Notes under the pieces: generated by a model
Databases searched by the model: none
The model's input: only the letters and a program-made list of their open reading frames with translations
Told to the model about the DNA's origin: nothing
Part shown: positions 59,317-64,000 of the stretch, in pieces
Layout: every line of letters begins with the position of its first letter
Position numbering within the stretch: position 1 is the stretch's first letter
Position numbers and translations under genes: made by a program
Origin: Cyanophora paradoxa CCMP329
Taxonomy: Eukaryota; Plantae; Glaucophyta
Assembly: GCA_004431415.1 (NCBI GenBank)
Contig: QPMI01000514.1
Coordinates: forward strand, 372,001 to 436,000
DNA length: 64,000 nucleotides
Reading direction: 5' to 3'

Positions 59317-59550
59317 CAAACAAACCTAGGTTTTCTGCAAGCTTACCGCCGATTTGGTCCTGACGGAATCAAAAAGGAGCTCGCAACCAGAAACACAACT
59401 TGGTATCAGCGAAGAGAGAATTACATTAAGAGGCGACTGGGAGGGCGTAATGGAGCACCATTTTGGGAGAAAGATAAATCTGGCAGAACTATTCCAACAC
59501 GTCTTGGACTCTCTCTGATTTCCTGGGCATTCATGCCGCCGCCTAATTAA
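59189..59550 (+). CDS. Hypothetical ~110-aa viral protein interrupted by a 29-bp palindromic insertion (not in ORF track)
   Basis: ATATATAAAAA precedes the ATG. Removing 59288-59316 gives a continuous frame MSQLMP...KPSTQTNLGFLQAY...PTRLGLSLISWAFMPPPN*. Confidence 0.55.
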
Positions 59551-61026
59551 TGTAACGTCCCCGGAAATCAAGCCGGAATGCATTCACATTTATAAATTCG
59601 TTTGTTATAATTTGCACATAGTTATATACCTGTGGGGTGAACAAATGCGAGTCACTATGCATTAGATCGAAGCCTGCCATTGTTGGGTTCGCAGCAAGCA
59701 CATTTGCTAGGACCGTATTTTCAAAAAGCCTCCCATCTTGGACATATCCTAAGTTGGTCAGAATGCTGAAATTAAATAGGACTCCGGCAGCAAATGCTGG
59801 CCCATACATAATGATTTGATGTAGCTCAAAAGGCTTGGGAAACTCGACTTTAATCCAGGGATTAGGTAAAGTGCCCCTTGGAACCCTGTTGAGTTGGGTC
59901 GCACATGAGAAGGTGGGTGCAATTCCTCAAAGTCGTTGCTTGTAATGTTTGCATCTGGAATTATAAACCAGTTGACATCAAATGGCGGCTCAACTGTTAA
60001 AGTAGACGATATGATTAGTCTCTCATCGTTCAGTAGGTCATAGTTCGCCAGTAGAAAGCTGCAGAGTGCATTTATTTTAGCATTTATTTCGATTTGTTTC
60101 AGCCATAAATCTGTCGTGGAAATCAAATAAGAAATATTCGATGGGGAGGCATCGTCAAGCTTGCTCATGACTGCAGCTGGTAGCGGAACACTTAAACGCC
60201 AGTATCTTGTTAGATTCCTATCCGCATCAACTGGAAGCAGTTCCTGCATTTGAAAGTGCGATTCCAGCTCGCTACCAGCCATTAGCATAGAAATGATTGG
60301 GCTGCCTGAGAGGGATAGGATCCAGCCCAGTGCGCCCCAGCCTGACGTCTCCGAATTCGAAAAGCCTGCAGTCAATTGCTCACTGGCTTGGACTTCACCA
60401 CAGCTAATGCTCACAAGAACAATTGGATCTTCTGCATCGTAAATTTTACTGGCGTGGCTGAGTGCAGCAACTGAGGGATTATTCAAACAGGCAATTGCCC
60501 CGTCAACAAGGTTTTTGTCCCCTAGAACCTTCGGTGGAAAGAATGTAGGTGCTGCTGAAGATGCTCTCACTGCATCACGAATCAGCGTGCTTGAATATGG
60601 CCCATCCTTCGTAAAAACTACTGGCTGCATCCGAACTGTATCAAACGCTGTAATTAATACGTCTTTTGTCGATTCTGCAATTGTGTAGTCCAGGGCAACG
60701 TCTGTAAGCACCGACTCCAGAGGATTTGCATCATAGCGGCTTCCTGAGAGCAAGCTTGTGAGTGATCTCGGATTTGCAAATATTGTTGGCAGGTTCGTTT
60801 GATATAGACTCAAGATATCACCTGCAGAATATCGGTAAGCAAGAACAGAGCCTGGAGCTGATGGGATCGCCAATCCGGCCGCTATTATTGCCCCTGTTGA
60901 GGTGCCTGCAAAGAAATCAAACAGCTGTGGTATTGCTTTCCCAGTAATCGCCTCAATCCGTTGTAGAATTCGGGCTATGACTATTCCACGAGCACCTCCA
61001 CCTGATAGTGAGAGAATGACCTTCAT
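59543..61026 (-). CDS. Patatin-like phospholipase + divergent F5/8-C (discoidin-like) domain (element B); -1 frameshift near 59870
   Basis: [26 protein letters not shown] and LVDGA. The shifted frame PNPWIKVEFPKPFELHQIIMYG aligns with element A PTEYLQVAFPYTFELSSVIAYG. Confidence 0.85.
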
Positions 61027-61050
61027 TTTTAAAAGGGGGCTTATATAAAA

Positions 61051-64000
61051 ATGTCCTACATCTTGAAGAAGCCAGTGCCACTTCGTAGATCTCCAGATTT
61101 CGTTGATGATCGACTCATAAATATTCGCGTATTTGGAAGCATCTTGGCAGACTTCAATGCTGATCGTGACATCCACAGGACCGAGTTTAGTCGACCAGCT
61201 GCATTAATTCTGCGGAACTCCCACGTTGGTGCCCCAGATATTGCACAGAGATTCTGTCTTGGTCCCACTGAGAACTTTGTTGCTGAAATTATTGGGTCCA
61301 GGGCGTTGCCACGACACCTGCGAATTGCCTCCTCAGGCACAGTCTCCAAGTATGATTCTGGTAGATTGATATTTAGGCTCCAAAATGATAGAGGGGTCCA
61401 TACATCAGCTCTACGTCTAATTGATGAATCAAATGATGTCGCAAACAAAACTGCGGCTCAAATCACTGGGCGAATTCTCCTTGGCGAAGATGCTGCAATA
61501 TCAGTGCTTGCATCACAAATTCAGCCGTTCCCCTGGGATCTACTATATACCGATGCACGAGAAGCAAATCTTCTTTTCGGGTTTGATGTAAATCAAATCG
61601 ATACCGAGCCAGCCACCAGGTTCGATATTCCTGGATGCACCTTCGGCTCTATCTTGATTGAGGCTGACAGGCACCTGCTCCCGGCATTGCATGATAGATA
61701 TGACCTAGGGCTTCGCACCAGGCAGTGGAGAAATATTCATGGAACTAATATTTATCAGGATGGTAAGAAGGTTAGCACTGAAGAGCAGGTTATCAACATT
61801 TTCAACTACTACTTCGGACCTATTGTCCCTATACCACCTCTTCCAGGGTTACCAAAGCCGCCAATCCCGGATGGACCTGGTCGAGAGCGAGTTGCTGATG
61901 AGACAGTTCCTTTCGGTCAACATATTGTCAGTTGGGAGCAAGTTCGCAATAAACCTATCTTCGAACCGAAAAAACAAATAGATGAACAGTATTTACCTCC
62001 TGAAATCGATATATTAGAGCTTGATGATTACCAATTTGTCCCAGATGAGGAAGAGTTTTTACCTGACGGTTTCGACCCGCAAGAGTATGAGTATGATCAA
62101 TACGACCCAAATGAGGAAGAGTATTTACCCGATGGTTTAGATCCACAAGAGTATGAGTATGAACAGAACTATGAACCCCATGAGGAATATTTAGCAGATG
62201 GTCTCGAACCACCAGTTGTGGATTATGAGCAACCTTATGAACCCCATGAGGAGTTTTTACCAGATGGATTACAACCGGAGCTTTTTGAGTTCTTTCCAGA
62301 TTGGGAACAGATCAACAACAAACCAGCAAGATATCCACCAGAGGATCACAACCATGATTGGGATGAGATCTTGGGTAAACCTGAAAAATATCCACCTGAA
62401 GATCACAGGCATGATTGGGAAGATTTAGATAACATCCCTATTGAATTTCCACCAGAACACCATGAACATGTATGGCACGAAATTGTAGAGCAGCCAACTT
62501 TTGCATCGGCAGGTGATCCAGTGACAGACTTCCCACATGGTGTTAGTCTCTATCAAAACATTGAAATACCAGAAAGATTACAATTAAACGATTATTATGT
62601 GAATCGTCAGGGAATCGATGCAGGCACCACAATGGATGGCGAATTGTATATTAGACCACCCACAAGGGATGTAATATTACCACTTGGTGGTGGAATTGAA
62701 ATTAAAAATACAAAACCAGGAATCTACTTAACAAACTACTACCCCGATGATGTCCCGATGACAGCAGGATTTATTTCTCTACCATCTGATCCAGCAAACT
62801 ATGATAACAAAGATGCAACAATACAAATTAATGTTACGAATGTTAGCGATTTAGACGGATCAAGACCAAAACTTATATTCAGTCGTGAGCAACTCGCAGC
62901 AGAAACACTTTTAGGAGATCGCGATGATTATAAACAATGTGAGGTAGCATGGATTAAAACAAATTATAATGGTGGAGTTCCTGAGGGTCTTTTAGAAATC
63001 AATCAGAGAGCCTCAGCGAAAAACATTCATAACGAAAATATTTCAAGAGTCGTAACAGAAGATTATTTTAGATGGGATAATATCCCTGACGCACCCGAAA
63101 AATTCCCACCCTCAGACCATGAACATGTTAAAGCCGATATTACAGATTTCGCACATGAACACGTCAAAGCCGATATTACAGATTTTGCCCACACTCACAC
63201 AAAAGATCAAATAACAGATTTCGCACATGAACACGTCAAAGCCGATATTACGGATTTCGCACATGAACACGTCAAAGCGGATATTACAGATTTCGCCCAT
63301 ACTCACACAAAAGCAGATATCTCAGACTTTGCCCATACTCATCTAAAAGCAGATATTACAGACTTTGCACATGCTCACACAAAAGCAGATATCACAGATT
63401 TTGCACACACCCACCTTAAAGCAGATATTACAGACTTTGCACATACTCACCTAAAAGCAGATATTACAGATTTTGCACATACCCACACAAAAGTGGATAT
63501 CTCAGATTTTGCACATAGGCACAATTGGGACGAAATAGACGAACAGCCAGTTTTTGCACAATTGAATGCAATCGGAAACGTTTTTAATGGAGTCACTCTT
63601 TACCAATCAAGTAATACACCTGAAAGATTGTATTTGAATGATCATTATGTTAGTCTCAATGGTTCATTTACAGGTGAAACAGGCACACCGATGGTGGGAA
63701 CTCTTGCAGTAAGATTACCCAGGGATCCAATCGTAAATGGAGTTTATGATGGTGATTTTAATGTAGGAGTAAATGATACTTTCCCCAGTATCTATGTTAC
63801 GAATTATCACCCAGGTGAAACAGGACAAGTAGCCGATTTTTCAGCAGCTATTCAAATAAACGTTACAGATCAAAGCGCATATGATGGAGCAAGACCTAAG
63901 ATAGTTTTCACAAGGGAGAAGGTTGTTAACTATCTTCCAGTTACAGGACAACCCACAGATGATCATGGGAAATGTGAGATGGCGTGGATTAAAACGACAA
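61051..64000 (+). CDS. Long fibre/tail-fibre-like protein (>980 aa, open to window end; not in ORF track)
   Basis: Open frame from ATG 61051 to the window end. Contains the LP..HDRYDLG...W.NI fibre motif, W..I..KP..(Y/F)PP..H.H repeats, 11 HxHxKADITDFA repeats and a duplicated domain. Confidence 0.8.
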   Translation, partial: MSYILKKPVPLRRSPDFVDDRLINIRVFGSILADFNADRDIHRTEFSRPAALILRNSHVGAPDIAQRFCLGPTENFVAEIIGSRALPRHLRIASSGTVSKYDSGRLIFRLQNDRGVHTSALRLIDESNDVANKTAAQITGRILLGEDAAISVLASQIQPFPWDLLYTDAREANLLFGFDVNQIDTEPATRFDIPGCTFGSILIEADRHLLPALHDRYDLGLRTRQWRNIHGTNIYQDGKKVSTEEQVINIFNYYFGPIVPIPPLPGLPKPPIPDGPGRERVADETVPFGQHIVSWEQVRNKPIFEPKKQIDEQYLPPEIDILELDDYQFVPDEEEFLPDGFDPQEYEYDQYDPNEEEYLPDGLDPQEYEYEQNYEPHEEYLADGLEPPVVDYEQPYEPHEEFLPDGLQPELFEFFPDWEQINNKPARYPPEDHNHDWDEILGKPEKYPPEDHRHDWEDLDNIPIEFPPEHHEHVWHEIVEQPTFASAGDPVTDFPHGVSLYQNIEIPERLQLNDYYVNRQGIDAGTTMDGELYIRPPTRDVILPLGGGIEIKNTKPGIYLTNYYPDDVPMTAGFISLPSDPANYDNKDATIQINVTNVSDLDGSRPKLIFSREQLAAETLLGDRDDYKQCEVAWIKTNYNGGVPEGLLEINQRASAKNIHNENISRVVTEDYFRWDNIPDAPEKFPPSDHEHVKADITDFAHEHVKADITDFAHTHTKDQITDFAHEHVKADITDFAHEHVKADITDFAHTHTKADISDFAHTHLKADITDFAHAHTKADITDFAHTHLKADITDFAHTHLKADITDFAHTHTKVDISDFAHRHNWDEIDEQPVFAQLNAIGNVFNGVTLYQSSNTPERLYLNDHYVSLNGSFTGETGTPMVGTLAVRLPRDPIVNGVYDGDFNVGVNDTFPSIYVTNYHPGETGQVADFSAAIQINVTDQSAYDGARPKIVFTREKVVNYLPVTGQPTDDHGKCEMAWIKTT
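63118..63513 (+). repeat. Coding tandem repeat, 11 x 36 bp
   Basis: Encodes H(E/T/A)H(V/T/L)KADITDFA units. Confidence 0.9.

Larger units (their letters stand above)
48104..64000. mobile_element. Endogenous Polinton-like virus, element B (right end beyond window)
   Basis: Starts with AGAGAGAG where element A patatin homology stops. Encodes pPolB, integrase, ATPase, MCP, two minor capsid proteins, patatin and a fibre. Confidence 0.88.

Noticed and set aside
63118-63513. 36-bp periodic repeat resembling a CRISPR array
   Set aside because: The units are contiguous with no unique spacers, vary at synonymous positions and lie in frame in the fibre gene. No cas genes are present.
31340-64000. Bacterial/phage contamination, a giant-virus fragment or a canonical virophage
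   Set aside because: The gene set (pPolB, RVE integrase, A32 ATPase, ~460-aa DJR MCP) fits Polinton-like viruses. No NCLDV transcription genes or virophage-type protease are seen. Contiguity with host DNA still needs read support.

Overview
The window has two halves. 1-29073 is very GC-rich, intron-dense nuclear DNA of a flagellated, probably plastid-bearing protist. The MAF-start transit peptide is compatible with a glaucophyte such as Cyanophora, but this is inference. It encodes a DDX24/MAK5-type DEAD-box helicase, a plastid-type ATP phosphoribosyltransferase, a HIT protein, RIT1 and a DNAH1-like axonemal dynein heavy chain, with many GC-AG introns. After a hairpin-rich transition zone (about 29.1-31.4 kb) the DNA becomes AT-rich and intronless and contains two related endogenous Polinton-like viruses (PLVs). 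Element A (about 31.3-48.1 kb) encodes an RVE integrase, pPolB, AEP primase-SF3 helicase, packaging ATPase, major capsid protein (MCP), two minor capsid paralogues and a patatin-discoidin fusion. Element B (48.1 kb to beyond the window end) appears to be inserted into the patatin gene of element A. It encodes pPolB, integrase, the same capsid module, a patatin-discoidin fusion and a long HxH-repeat fibre gene missed by the ORF track. The most notable observations are the nested insertion and a conserved patatin phospholipase plus F5/8-C (discoidin) fusion beside the capsid and fibre genes, a candidate membrane-penetration module. Element A also has a duplicated iteron-like origin, an apparently exonuclease-dead pPolB and a Pol III A/B-box small RNA candidate. 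All eight frameshifts in the core viral genes are -1, so both elements may really be intact.
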